Assembly (NCBI GenBank): GCA_002269645.1
Contig: NIVC01002976.1
Location: 1-64,000, forward strand
Source of the DNA: Macrostomum lignano
Lineage: Eukaryota
Direction: 5' to 3'
DNA length: 64,000 bases
In this document: piece by piece, positions 1 through 14,540 of the stretch
Numbering within the stretch: the first letter of the stretch is position 1
How the letters are laid out: every line of letters starts with the position of its first letter
Program-made: the position numbers and the translations under genes
Notes under the pieces: generated by a model
The model's input: the letters and a program-made list of their open reading frames with translations, nothing else
Told to the model about the DNA's origin: nothing
Database searches by the model: none

Positions 1-387
1 AATTCGGCGATAGAGATTCACCATGGACAAATTCGGCGATAGAGATTCACCATGGACAAATTCGGCGATAGAGATTCACCATGGACAAATTCGGCGATAG
101 AGATTCACCATGGACAAATTCGGCGATAGAGATTCACCATGGACAAATTCGGCGATAGAGATTCACCATGGACAAATTCGGCGATAGAGATTCACCATGG
201 ACAAATTCGGCGATAGAGATTCACCATGGACAAATTCGGCGATAGAGATTCACCATGGACAAATTCGGCGATAGAGATTCACCATGGACAAATTCGGCGA
301 TAGAGATTCACCATGGACAAATTCGGCGATAGAGATTCACCATGGACAAATTCGGCGATAGAGATTCACCATGGACAAATTCGGCGA
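1..387. repeat. 29-bp tandem repeat (AATTCGGCGATAGAGATTCACCATGGACA), ~13 near-identical copies, extends off the window start
   Basis: Direct 29-nt periodicity. Confidence 0.97.
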
Positions 388-1122
388 AAGCAAAATCCCG
401 ACAAAAAGAAACAAAATAACAACAATTAATCTTCTTAATTCTTCCTCTACAATGGCATTAGTAAATACTTATTAACTTTCCCTTTTTAACTGGGTTTGTT
501 TTATCCTTTATTTATCTTGTGCTTGATCCAAATGAGCTTTCCAAGAAATGTTCGTTCATTTTCGAAGATGCGCGATGACCAATTTATTTCGATTGGACGC
601 ATTCTTTTCTATCAAAGGTCACGAGCTTTAGTACAGAATCACTGCACTCCCTTCGCACTTCCTTCGCTTTAAGAATCCGGACAGAAATGCAAAGCAAAAT
701 TTCGGGGACAATGGAACTTTTACGAGCATTTAAAGAAAACCTTTGCTTAAACTTTCGCTATATAGAAGACTTGTATTTGCCTAGATTGTCACCGAATTTG
801 TCCGTGTTAAATTTGTCTCGAAGCTGCCTGCATCCTGACGGCCAACGTCACTGCATGGCACGTCCGAGGACTGTGTACACCTGTCACCTGACACTGTGAT
901 GGCACGCATCCACAGCTCAAAGCTGTTGCCCAATTGCAGCTGGGTGAATCAACTTAATTAGTAGAAGCTCACTCTTACAATAACGGCTTTGGTATAAGCT
1001 ACAAAACTATAATTTTTTGAAGTGTACAACTTTTTTCTGATGTCTAAATTGTCATAGCAGTAGTTTTTCAGTAGATGTATTTTTCTTAATTTCGACTCCT
1101 ACCTGCCATGAAACTTATCCAG

Positions 1123-4100
1123 CAGTTCGGATCCGCCTAGAAGACATGGTGGACAGCTTAAGCCGGCTGTATTATCGTCTGCTTGACGACACCAACTGGA
1201 ACAGCTCTATGCCTGACAGGGTGGCTGGCCGATTCGAAGAAGCCAAGCTGACCCTGCGAGGTCAGTTCTACCGCTGGCCAGGGACCTATCTGGACACGCA
1301 CGAAACTGTTGTCTATTGCGAGTTCAACTCGCAGCGCTGCAGCTTTCTTAACTTCTCCATCTACAAGGATGAGACTTAGTGAGTGCAAAGTTGATCGTAA
1401 TGTTTTTCCCATTCAAAACAGCTGGATGTTCTAGTCACATAAACCGTATCTTAAGGTCAACTACCGAGGCATACTAAGTCATAGCTACCTGAATGCTCAA
1501 AAGTAGCTCAAGTGTCATCTACATGCCATTCGTTACGGATCCCCGCCCCCTTCAGCTTTGCCTGCGTGGTATTCAAAGCTGGATCAGGGGCCGTCGCTTA
1601 CTCCGGCGAGGACAACGGTCTGTTTCTGGTTCTCTACAGCAATGGCCTCTCGTTTTACGATGTGCGCGGCGAAATTTCGAATCCATCCACTTTCAAAGTG
1701 GCTTTGCATGAAAGAGGTAAATAGATCGGATGGATAGTAGTCACACATTCTTTCCAATATGCACTGGTAGATATTCTTTCAGTAAGGCACAGCAGATTTT
1801 CGGGTTCGAAATTATTTCAGGATATTAAAACCGAGAGAGTTTTATTGTCAATGTAAGTCAACGATGGTAATTGCGCTCGTAGTTGTTCGCAATGGGAGCG
1901 ACGGATTCGAAAATTTTGAAGTAATCTAGAGTCGACGCAAAAGCTAGCAAAACTACTCAGAAACTATTAAAATAATTTTTCATTGTCTTGTGTCTTAATA
2001 AGATGAAAATTATCACATCTGTAGTTCATTATACATTCAGTAAGATTTGCCGGCTTAACTATAAGTAGACATAGGAAACGAATTATTACAGCTTTTCGGT
2101 TTGGACCTGTTCTGCACTCGGAGGTGAATCTTCAGGTAACAAATTTATCTTGTCTGATCTCTCGTCCCAAAAAAATCTGAAGATCATGCGCCTCGGAGTG
2201 CGAAACGCGTCGAAACCTTGATGTTCATCCTCAGTTTTTTATAGCTATTTCGTAACATATTATATATTGTCATGACTGTTCACCGACGCTGTGATCAATT
2301 TGCGCTGCAATCCAGGCACCAAACCAGATATGAGCGCAGCCCAGTCAGTTTCTCTTGCAACCAAGGCCCTGCTGCGATTCGATACCGGATTGATGATCGA
2401 GTCGACCGGCGCCAGTCACACTGTTCCGAGCGCGAGTTCAACGTCACCTATACGCTGGACTACTCCAGGCCTAGAGACATCCAGAATTCTAGCTTCATCG
2501 AAACTGAGAAAGATTGTTTGATTCGACTCAAGCAGCTAGAGTTTGTTCAAGAATGCGGCTGCCTTGGTGACCACCTAGCGTTACCAACCGATCTGATGCA
2601 GCGGTGGCCCGTCTGCCATGAGCTACCTGACAAGGTAGGCCACCCTAGCAAAGAGCATATTTTACCTTTTGGTGTCGAGATGCGAATTTAAAGAGGTCAG
2701 CATATACACCGGAACGGAGCCCAAATTGAAGCTCCGGACTAAACAAAATGGAGTTGAAAAATTTTCAGACTAAAAATGCTGGAATGCTCAAAGTACTATT
2801 TCTAGTCGCAGGGCTCCATTCCATCGTTTAAGGTTGACCAACCCCACTTTTTTCTGTCTCCAAGGTCCCACTGCGACAAATCAAACCCGTCACTGGCTCC
2901 AATGGTAAATTGCACTACGAGATCGCAGCGGACAACAATGGCACATCCGGTTACGGATACATCCGCCTGGAACGGTACCTGGAAGCTCGGTGGCGCGAGT
3001 TTAATCGCTCAGCAAATCTCGCAGCCTGCTATGCGGCCGTCCGCACTCGCCAACTGCAGCGCGGTGCAGCCAGCCTTGGCCGAAGCAACTCCTGCAAGCA
3101 TCGGTGCCGACGAGTTCGCTTCGTAGCCAGCGTCGGTGGCTCTAATATCTGGCCGAGCCCGCACAAAGTGTCTCAGACTGACAGTGCGATGAGGCATCTG
3201 TTGAAGGAAAATCTAGCTCTAGCAAGGAAGCAGCGCCGTTCAGTGCGACGAATTGAGAAGATGAAAAAAATGATCCGAGAGGAGATCGATAGAAGCTACA
3301 CCGTACTGAAAGTGTTCTCCGGCTCGGAGTACGCAACCAAAGCCAAGGAGGAGTACTCCTATACTCTCAAAGACGTGTTCTCCGACTTGGGAGGCATCCT
3401 AGGTTTGTAAAGCTGGGTTTTTTCGGAATTTAATCCTAGTTATTCGTAGCAAGGACGACGAAAGTAGAAGGCAAGGGCCACTGTAGTATAACAGGACGTA
3501 AAACTCAATGATCGTGTAATTTTTAGGAGACCAACTCTTTTTTTGGAACTTTTGGGAAAAAATGCACTCGGTGATAAAAAAGAATCATTTTTATCATCAC
3601 AGAAAGCAAAGTTTCACTCGTGAGTATTTACAACTTTAGTTTTGGCTGATGATATAAAAAATACAATATGATAATGAAGTTTTCACTATACAGCTGTATA
3701 AATTACAACAGAGTAACATGTTTTGCATCTTAAATTAAAGGAATGATAGTCTTCACTGCCCCAGATCAAATGCAATAATATTGCTTTTTAATGAAAAAAC
3801 GATTCTTTTTATTTCCGCAGGGTATTTTTCCCGGAAATTGGCGTCGTAAAAACAACACGATCTTTGATTTTTTATTTTACTACAGTGTTCCTTGGTAGAA
3901 GGTCGGGCAACTTATTAGTTTCTTAGAATCCATTTTGGCTGCTGATTTTGCGCTAATAATGCCCAACGGATATAGGAAGTCTTCTTTGTAGGAAGATCGA
4001 TGCATGTTTATACTAAAAATACTCCTATGAGCTTTCGATCTGCTTCTACGATCCGTCCTTCTACTTAAAAAGAGTCCTTGGTTTTTGTGTATAGCTAACG

Positions 4101-4272
4101 ACACTTTATGCATTAAACCGCAGATAGCCGTCATCTACCCAATCTCTCAGGTCTGTGGGTCGGTGTCTCGGTCATCACCCTGATGGAAGTGGTGGAATTC
4201 AGCGCCCAGATAATCAGCTTCTGCTTGCTTCGGGTGGCCAATAACAAAATTGACATTGAAGCTGGCACTTGA
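1123..4272 (+). CDS. DEG/ENaC channel subunit, paralog 1 (first exon not seen in window). Exons 1123-1378, 1556-1716, 2316-2634, 2865-3402, 4151-4272; -1 frameshift near 2385
   Basis: GT-AG sites in compatible phases; YFACVVF, thumb CLIRL..ECGC..WPVC, DLGGILGLWVGVSVITLMEVVEF (TM2 with GxS belt); intron positions identical to paralog 2. Confidence 0.88.
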
Positions 4273-4475
4273 GCTTTGAAATGTTACGCAATCGGAATCA
4301 TGTCACAAAATTCCCCTTGGCTTCGTTTTGGTGTATGTAAAATCATAAATAACTCAAAGATATAAACAAATCTGTGCATGGCAAAGCGCTACACAAATGT
4401 GTGATGCTTTTAATTATTTTGCTATCAAATGATAGCTCTTTGCATTCAAATGGAAATTTATTAATTACTATCAGT

Positions 4476-4730
4476 AATAATAATAATTTATTACACCTAC
4501 CCTAATGGCCAGATGTGCAACCAACAGCTCAGCTGCAGCTATTGCGCGGCGCATCTGAAGGCTGTGTAGGGCTGTGTCAGTCCAAAGACTGGGGGTCGTC
4601 ACACATCCTCAATTACCCCAGCTAAATGTTTTGCTTAAGGACAGAAATTTTTCTGAGTGGGTCGAGACTCGAACCCTCGACCTTACAGTCGTGAGTCCGA
4701 CGCTCTAACCACTAGGCTACAACCCCTTAG
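4476..4730 (-). mobile_element. tRNA-derived SINE
   Basis: Minus strand has A box TAGCCTAGTGG (4709-4719), B box GGTTCGAGTCT (4665-4675), unrelated body and (TTA)n-type tail near 4476-4490; tRNA stems do not pair. Confidence 0.7.
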
Positions 4731-4887
4731 CGGGCTACAACCCCTTAGCAGGCTACAACCCCTTAGCGGGCTACAACCCCTTAGCAGGCTACAATCCCTT
4801 AGCGGGCTACAACCCCTTAGCGGGCTACAACCCCTTAGCAGGCTACAACCCCTTAGCGGGCTACAACCTCTTAGCAGGCTACAACCC
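4713..4887. repeat. 18-bp tandem repeat (GGCTACAACCCCTTAGC[A/G]), ~10 copies, at the SINE 5' end
   Basis: Direct periodicity; the first unit overlaps the SINE A box. Confidence 0.95.
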
Positions 4888-5407
4888 GTTGTACACACCG
4901 CCTATCGCTACTACGGATTAAATGGTTTAGCAAGGTCCTCGGATTGTCTACCAATAACCGACTTCAAAGCTTTTCACTTAGCACTTACCGGAACCTGAAT
5001 AACCTCAGGCGGAAGACTCGTAGTTGAGTTCCGGATGGACCCTGAGGTACTACAGAATCCCCAATGCATGGACAGTGAGAAACTGTTTTTTATAATTTGA
5101 CTCTTTAAATCAGGCCAATTCATTAACGGCTAACTTTCTAGCCTGACTGCACACTGATCTTACAATAAAAGAATTTATAACAAATTTCAAACACTTATCA
5201 AAGCCCAATTTTTCATTATGATTGATGTTTTCAGGAAAAACGTTCCATAAAAATTGATGCACGCTTTAAAACTGAGGAATCACATCACAGTTTTTTTTAT
5301 TTTGATCGTCGCACCGGAGTCGCGTACATTTTCTTTACTATGTTTCGTTTCATATATGCATCCCGCCTATAATTCATCGATGCCAACCATATCATCTGGA
5401 CTGTACT

Positions 5408-5560
5408 ATGCCAGGTGAAGAAGCTGCGGAGCGCAACGAAAACCGGACCAGTTTACTCGTGGCGTTCGTTGAAGCTAAAGTCGGCTCACGGAGTCGTTCG
5501 ACTGACCCAGTTGAAACGGCACGAGGATTGCGAAGCGCCTGTCTCGATCAGTCAGGGTGG
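5408..5560 (+). pseudogene. Degenerate orphan copy of DEG/ENaC exon 1
   Basis: MPGEEAAERNENRTSLLVAF then frameshifted SAHGVVRLT, homologous to 7455 MAGEEAQERNENRTNLLAAFAERTSAHGVARLT; no downstream exons. Confidence 0.8.
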
Positions 5561-5750
5561 GCAGTGGTGCCAGTGGAAATTAGGCCACTACAGCCAACAT
5601 TTGTCTAAGAATATCAATCAAGTTTCGCTGCTTTACCTCATTTCTAAGTGCATTTTTCCGAGACATTAACGAGCATTCCTCTTAGATTCGTAAAATCTTC
5701 TCTGTCTTTTTGTGTGACTATTAAATGAAAATTTATTATGCACTCTGCAT

Positions 5751-7058
<1,308 letters not shown>

Positions 7059-7454
7059 TATGCACTCTGCATCAAATCAAAAAGATAGTTTGATTCTTAT
7101 ATTCAACTGCAGGATTGTTTTCTCTTTGAAATTACGCTCTCAACTACAAAGGGTGCAGTCAATTCATTTTCCCGTGATATGCTCAGCAGCAATGCAGCGT
7201 CGGCACGTGTTTACTGTCTCTATTGCCTTGAATAGGATAAAAGTTTCCAACATAAACAGACTTCGTCAGCCTTGGCAACTGACAAGGCCCCAAAGGCATA
7301 GAAACTTTGTGAATCGGGATATCTAGCTTAGCTACTATGTAATAAAATATTCAAAGTATCGCCTTGTTTACTTAAGTATTTATCTTTCGTTGCAGGCGGG
7401 AGCTTCTCCTGGTTCAACGGAAATTCCAATACTTCCCTCATCTCAATAGCTAAC

Positions 7455-9920
7455 ATGGCAGGTGAAGAAGCTCAGGAGCGCAACGAAAACCGGACTAATT
7501 TACTTGCGGCGTTTGCTGAGCGAACCTCGGCTCACGGAGTCGCTCGACTAACCAGCGGCTCGACACCGCAGAGGCTGGTCTGGCTCTGCGTCATCATCGG
7601 TTCCAGCTGCGGATTCGGGGTCCACCTGCACCAGCTGGCCATGAAGTGCATCGAGCCGCCGATCAACACCGAGTACAGCGAGAAGACGCCGGTGCTGTTT
7701 CCTTGGGTCACGATCTGTCCAACCGACTACATTTTTAGAGCTCGCCACCGAAGCTCTAACATTGAAGGAACTGTGAATGACAGACGTGAGGGTGTTTGAA
7801 GCCTAGCCATAAAGTACTAAATGGTTTCACAGATATCAAAATTAAAAAAAATTATCAGATTAACCAAAATTCAAGCATCACTTTTAGGCGTCTCAATCAG
7901 TCCATCGGATATGGCAACTAACATTGGCAAGCTTTACTACCGTCTCGAATTTGACTCGAACTGGAGCCGCCCGGCACCGAGGATTGCCCCAGGATCGTTC
8001 GAGAACAGCCGACACTCTCTGAGAGGGCAGTTCTTCAAGGCAAAGCCCTACCAGGAAACTCACGAGTCAGTGATTTATTGCGAGTTCAACTATCTGAAAT
8101 GCAGCTTCTTGAACTTTACGTATTACAAGGACGAAAACTAGTAAGCAAGTATTTAATCTGGTATTAGTGCTGTTTTAAACAGACGGCTCTCAAGTATATA
8201 TTTATGCTTTTTCAGCTTCGCCTGCATGACTTTTCAACCTGATAGTAGAGTTCTTGCCCAGAAGGGCGAGCGCGGTGGCCTATTCCTGCTGCTGTACCAT
8301 AGGGGCATGTCCTTCTACAACAGCCGCGAGCAGATGGAGGGCTCAAATGCTTTCAAGGTTGCACTACACGAACCAGGTTAGACAAGAGGAATACAGTACA
8401 ATACGCATGCTATGTGTGACTACCGGTACACTTAATTGAGAATGCTAATCTGATATGAAGCATCTTCCGCGTTTGCTGTTACAGGTTTCAGACCCGACAT
8501 GAACACGGCTCTCACGGCTCCACTAGCCACCAAGACTGCGATCGAGTTCACACCAAAAATTGAAAATACTCTAAACAGACGAGAGAATCCTTGCGCAGAG
8601 AGCTTCTCAATTCGACCTACGTGACCGACTACTCAAGACCCGGTGACTTTGAGAATGCCACCTTCTTTTCAACGGAGAACGACTGTCTGATCCGCCTGCA
8701 GCAGCTGGAGTTTGTGAAAGAATGCGGCTGTCTTGGAGAGCATCTGGCCCTGCCAGCTGACTTGATGCAGCTCTGGCCAGTGTGCCACGAGCTTCCTTAT
8801 GAGGTATCAAAATCCAGACTCCCGTTTTCATGCATTACCAACATGGAATTTTTATCTATTTAGGACAACAGAGTAAGATTTGAAAATTTTTAAGAGTTTA
8901 AGCTGGCATATAGACATGAAATTTCAGTGCAAGCTATCCTGACCTATGCAAGCTGATTGGCTAAGCTTTGGAGCAACTGTTGTTTGACCTACAAACTCTC
9001 ACTTCAAGCTCAAGTGCGCTCTGTAATAAAATGCAAAAATCTATATCTGCTCGCGTTACAGGTGGCCTTCCGCAGCATCACCAGCGTGCCTATCGGCAGT
9101 GGTCTAGGCTATAGCTACACTATCACTAATGACTCGAGTCTGCAGGAGCCGATGGAACTGTTTGTCACCCAGAGACAAGTCGAGTTCGATCGCTTGTCTG
9201 CCCGCCTAAAGTGCTTCAACCGAGTACTCCAGAGTCACGCGAAGTCTGGCATTCGCGGATCGGAGGCTTGCCAGAAGCTATGCCAGCAAACCAGCTTCCC
9301 GGCTACTCGAATTTCGGATCCCTGGCCGCCTGCACAGATCCTGATGGTCAATGGACCTGTTATGCTCGCACTGAACACGCTGATTTCTGCGGTCAAACAG
9401 GCTGATCGCTTTTATTTAGAGCTGAATAACGCCAGGGACTCTGTGTCCAAGGAGCTCAAGGAGAGCTACGGCATTGTCAAGGTTTTCACTCTCTCTTCTA
9501 AGGTCACAGTTTCTACCGAGGAGTTTGCCTACTTGCTGAAGGACTTCTTCTCCGATCTGGGCGGCATTCTCGGTAATACTCATGTTTTCAATGGGTTCAA
9601 TGGGTTCAAGTCAACTTTTCTGCATCTCTGGCGCCGTCGAACTTACTCAAAACCAAAATTGGACGTAACTATTGACTTTTTAAATATTCTAATCCGCTTA
9701 AATCCCTGCAGGCCTTTGGCTTGGCGTCTCTGTCATCACTCTTATGGAGCTTGTCGACCTGCTGGCTCAGCTGCTCGCCTCCTGTACCATCAGAAAGATC
9801 GATAGCAGGCGGATTGGCAGATCGGCGAGCGAGGACGAACCCGGAAAGTCTGCGGATACGCAAAATTCACCAAAGCAGCAAAAGAGACGCACAGAAATGA
9901 ATATTGAAGAGGTGCGCTAA
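7455..9920 (+). CDS. DEG/ENaC channel subunit, paralog 2. Exons 7455-7785, 7888-8140, 8216-8376, 8485-8803, 9062-9572, 9712-9920; -1 frameshift near 8601
   Basis: SAHG motif, TM1, FPWVTICP, YFACMTF, ECGC, SDLGGILGLWLGVSVITLMELVD; all junctions GT-AG and phase-compatible. Confidence 0.9.
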
Positions 9921-11408
9921 CCGCTGATAAGATTGTGAGAAAAGCGCTATATTCCCTGGCGACCCGAGTTGATGATTTTGAAGCTATTTTGTTGTGTTTG
10001 TTGTTTTGTTGTAACTTTGTTAACTCTTATTACTCGTACTATCAACCTTTTTGGATTAGATTTTCTTTTTCGTTTCAAATTAGTTACTTTGTGCGTACTG
10101 GTCTTATATAAAGCATGATTTTCTGACGATGTACAAGCAAGTCTTAATTGACTCTTTGAGCAAGTTTAACTGTTGCTGGATGATTAATCGATGGTCTACT
10201 CTCGCTTTAAATTTCACAAAGTATATTATATGGCTATGTCGAGTTATTTGGTGGAAACGAATACGAAGTGTTTATTTTGACTATCAGAGATGGGATAGAG
10301 AAAATTTCGGGAAGAAGCTACGTTTTGTCTTGATAATGAGGATTATTTACCTGTATAATCCGGGTTAAAATAGGTTGTTTTGAACTAGTCACTAAATAAT
10401 ATTACATTATGCCAGCTAAATTGATTTGGATGGAAAGCAATTTACAACCATGGCAGCAATCCATATACTAAATACGAGCGTAGTTTCAACTCTCGTAGTC
10501 ACAATCACAATCAAGTTAAATCAAGCCAATTGTTGCATAAATCAAATAGCTATTAGAACCTATTCGTCACATTGTATATCAGTTATGCCGTTATGGCATC
10601 TGCATGCCGGCTCCTTCGACAGTGTGAATGAGCCTCGTTATCGGGGTAGCATTGCTGGGGGTAGCATTGCTGGGTAGCATTGTTGTTTTTGTTGGCATTG
10701 TTATGGACATTCGCTTGTAGTATTTGCAGTATTTGCAGTATTCGCTTGATGGTGAAACAGCTGCCCATGACAGATTAGGAGTGGAATCCACCGTCATCAT
10801 TCTGGCTCACAAATGCCCAGGGACATCTGCAGCTAACCCTCAGGCAAGCACCAATAAGTCTGCCTCACTTTGGCTTCTGACTGAATCAGTAGCAAGAAGT
10901 ACGAATAATAATATAGCGTAAAACCGCTTAACTTTGATAAATGCTTGTGCTTTGATAAATCTCCCTGCTCCCCAATCCATTCGATTAAGCCTTCCAAGAC
11001 ACTGTTGATAATGCTTGAGGCAGGAGGCACTTCTTCTGCCCTATAGTCTCTGCCGGTAGTTGCAGAGTCTAGACAAAGTAAGCCTGCAGAATAAACAGAA
11101 TTGTTATTCTCTTTGTGTTGACTCTAACTGACTCTCTGCTGCTGTTGTATCTGCGATGGTAGGAGTAGTATTCCTCCAAAACCTACGGGAAAAAGGATTC
11201 TGTCTGTCTCTTCCTTCGAAAAAATGGGAAGCAAAATTTTCTTTTGCCTTGACAACCGATTAGACAGTTTAAGTTAAAACAAGAAGGAACCGAATTCAAT
11301 CATTTGGATTTGGGATGAGGCATTCAAATGATTACATCATTACATAGAAGCTGCGTCTTTCTAGCTGATTCATTTTAGTCTTATTAAACGGGTTCCCTGC
11401 TCTGTGCC

Positions 11409-11700
11409 ATGGCTGAAGAAGCTCAGGAGCAAAACGAAAACCGGACCAATTTACTCGTGGCGTTTGCTGAGCGAACCTCGGCTCACGGAGTCGCTCGACT
11501 AACCAGCGGCTCTACGCCGCAAAGGCTGGTCAGGCTCTGCATCATAATCGCAGCCAGCTGCGGATTCGAGGTCCACCTGCACCAGCTGGCCATGAAGTGC
11601 ATCGAGCCGCGATCAACACCTAGTACAGCGAGAAGACGGCCGGTGCTGTTTCCTTGATCTGTCCTAAAATTGAAGAAACTTTGAATGATAGACGTGAGGA
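11409..11700 (+). pseudogene. Second orphan copy of DEG/ENaC exon 1 with frameshift and deletion
   Basis: Near-identical to 7455-7790 through KCIEP, then a 1-nt loss and an internal deletion; keeps the GACGTGAGG donor and CCTAGCCATAAA intron sequence; no further exons. Confidence 0.85.
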
Positions 11701-13212
11701 AGTTTTGGAAATGAATCCTAGCCATAAACCCTAAAATATTCTCTGAGCTGCAGGCCTTGGCTGCCGTCTGCTCTCCCCCTTTGATCTTTTTGCCTGCTAT
11801 TTAGTTTGCCATCTGGCTGCCTCGGCTCGCGTGGAAACACCTGAAGTGTATTTCTCCAGGACGATTTAATGCCATTTATCTTCTTAAAGTAGTCTTTATT
11901 GGTTTTTCTCTTTAGCATGCTGCAGTAAATGCGCTGTCTCTTACTGCAAAGACTCCATTTATTGCATGCCAACGTCAACTCTTTCTTCATAAAGAGTCGA
12001 TCGTCGCTGTATGCAATCATCGCTGATTCCAGAACCTGCCGATTCCTGAGCATGCTGCTGAGGCCATCGCTGAAATTGCAGTCCTTGGTCATGCCAATTT
12101 GCGAAGCTCAGCCAGGAACTCTGCCACACAGATTCGCCTGCTTGACCGGCTTCTGCTGTAGAACTTGAATGGTTGGAAAATCTCTGGCGGCGTTGGATCG
12201 AAATGGTCCGCAGTCAGTTGGCTTTGCATGTGAAAATAGGTTCGACATTGGTAAGTGTAAGGTGTCTCTAGATATGTCGCAGGTGCTCATGCAGCGGATT
12301 TTCAACACAACTAAGCACCACTCGAGCCACAGAACTGAAGTCATTAACAACACCATGTAGTTGCTGGTCTTCGTTTTGCCGGCAAAATTCCTTGTAAAAC
12401 TGTGGTCCAATATTTCAGTTTTGAGCAGCGTATATCCTGCAGCTTGTCTTCTACCGTTGAAATATCGAAATATTGCAATTAAGCGCGTGTATAAATAGAG
12501 AAAGAGAAGCTCGTAAAAAGCACATCCTTTCAAACTCTACTTGTGTAGGCCTATATTCGGCAATTAACCTCGAGGTACGTATAGCAACGATAACACAATT
12601 TTGATAGGGATCCCATATATTTCCTAGCCCTGTTGTAAAAGTGTATAATGATTACATGTATTTAGTATCTAGCTGTTTCATAGTTACACTATTTTAAGCT
12701 CATAAATGTTTTGTTTTCGTGTCTATTGGTCAAAATACATGGTCGCCGTTACCACTAGGCATGCAATAACACTTAAATTAGCTCAAGCCTTTAAGATGGT
12801 TGTGCGCGAGCTAAGCTTCTCAGATTATTCAGAAAATTTTCTCAGATTCTAACAAAAGTTACTGTGTCAGAAAGGTAAAAAAAGTTAAATGCAAACTTTG
12901 CTGGTACAAAGGAATAAAAAGTTCTTTTGAAATTTAAGGTACTTACTTCCCATGAAAGTCTGTTTGCATGTAAATTTTGAAATTTCAAAGAGGCTTTGCT
13001 TTCTTCTGAGAACAGATTGCACACACGTGCGTGTGTGACCAAGGCCTACTTTAAGTAAGAGTAAAAGTAAGATTAGTCCTAGACCTTAGACATGACACAT
13101 GACTTGTGTTGTGTAAGCAAGACGTGTGAGCAAGAAGCTACGTTGACCTTAATATTTTGATATCTTGCTAAAAGTATGCATAAGAATATTGTATTATGGA
13201 TAGGCCCTACAT

Positions 13213-13890
13213 TGTGTCACGTTATTGGCGTAGCGGCCAGCTATGCGGTGACCCTTAAAAGGGCCGTTTTAGTCCCAAAATAAGTTGAAGTCAATTCTTG
13301 TAAAGCGGATTTTGTAGCGGAGCACTTGGCGATAAAGGCAGGAACTGCCGTAGTTGTCTTTATTGTTAATATCAGTATTAAGTTTGGTTGTTACTGGCAA
13401 TAAACAGACTATAGCTTTCTGGGCACTGGCGGCTGCAGCAATGGGTTGAATATAATTTGGATATGAAGTCAAGTGGCAGGCGAATGACACAATGGCGACG
13501 TGACGTGAGCAGTGGCTATGAGCACCGTGAAGGCAGTGAAACGTAGTGGTGAGTGGGCGTCGGTCGTGGCGTGAAACAGTCAAGTAAGTGTGTGAGCAGG
13601 CTGGCCCAGACAGAAGGGCCGTGGTGAGAAATAAGGAGGCTCGAGGCAGCCAGACAAACAGATAAGACAGCTAAGAGGCCGCAGGGAAGGAAACAAGGAG
13701 CAAGCGGAGAGAGAGGAGCGAGAGAGAGCGAGGGGTGCGTGGAGTGCCCGCCGCCAGGCGGGGGGGTTTAATAAAAGAGCGCAGAGGGGGGTAGCGCGAA
13801 CACGAGTGATTTCATTGGCTGGCGAGAGAACTTAAAATTATCGATCGTGCCAATTTTATACGGTGGCGAGAGAGGATAGCAAAATATACA
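13213..13890 (-). mobile_element. Possible solo LTR
   Basis: TG..CA-type ends, TATAAAA, CCAAT and AATAAAG on the minus strand, GC-richer than its flanks; no TSD or PBS found. Confidence 0.3.
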
Positions 13891-14282
13891 ATGAATTATA
13901 AATTGCCACAAAATCGTTGGGCACTACTACAAGTAAACGTCGCAATAAACGAATGGAAAAGTTTAGTTGAAGCGGTGAAACTGAAGGGTTGAATGACTAT
14001 GGAAAACCAGCAGTCCAACGGCCCTTTTCGGGACCACCTTAAACTGACAACGTCACAATTGGATTTGGATAGGCCTTTTGAATTTGTCAATTTTGATTGT
14101 TGGATTTGCTTGCAATTTTTAAATTATGGATTTATGCTATTAATTGATGACTGACAAGGCTGACATCATAGGCCTATCTTCAATAAAATTGATCTGAAGT
14201 AACAGATTAGATTAGGCCTAATAAAGACAAATTTAGGCCTATTATTATTAAGAAACATTCATCAGTCTAGTTTAGTGTAAAT

Positions 14283-14398
14283 GGGGTCATACTATAAAGC
14301 TGTCGTAGCGTAAGTTCGATTGTACGTTGGAACTTTTACACTGCGAAGATAGGAGCTAAGATCGATCTTATCTTACGATGGCTTTATAGAATGGGCCC
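14283..14398. mobile_element. Palindromic MITE (PIF/Harbinger-like)
   Basis: ~37-bp imperfect TIRs GGGGTCATACTATAAAGCTGTCGTAG.. / ..CTTACGATGGCTTTATAGAATGGGCCC, flanked by AAT on both sides. Confidence 0.65.
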
Positions 14399-14540
14399 AA
14401 TATTTTTTAAGCATCATTGTTTGTGAAATAGGGCCTATATTCAGTATAGTAGGGGCCTAGGCCTAGATCTTGTCTTGAATTGGCCCTTTTTGATATTTAG
14501 TAGGCCCTATTTCACCTACTACCTAGACTAAGCCTATAGA

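Noticed and set aside
2316-2450. Programmed -1 ribosomal frameshift or micro-intron explaining the DEG/ENaC lesions
   Set aside because: No X XXY YYZ slippery site, lesion positions differ between paralogs, and the only GT..AG span is 15 nt (frame-neutral).
4655-4730. Possible tRNA gene
   Set aside because: A and B boxes are present, but acceptor, anticodon and T stems do not pair; a SINE body and tail follow.
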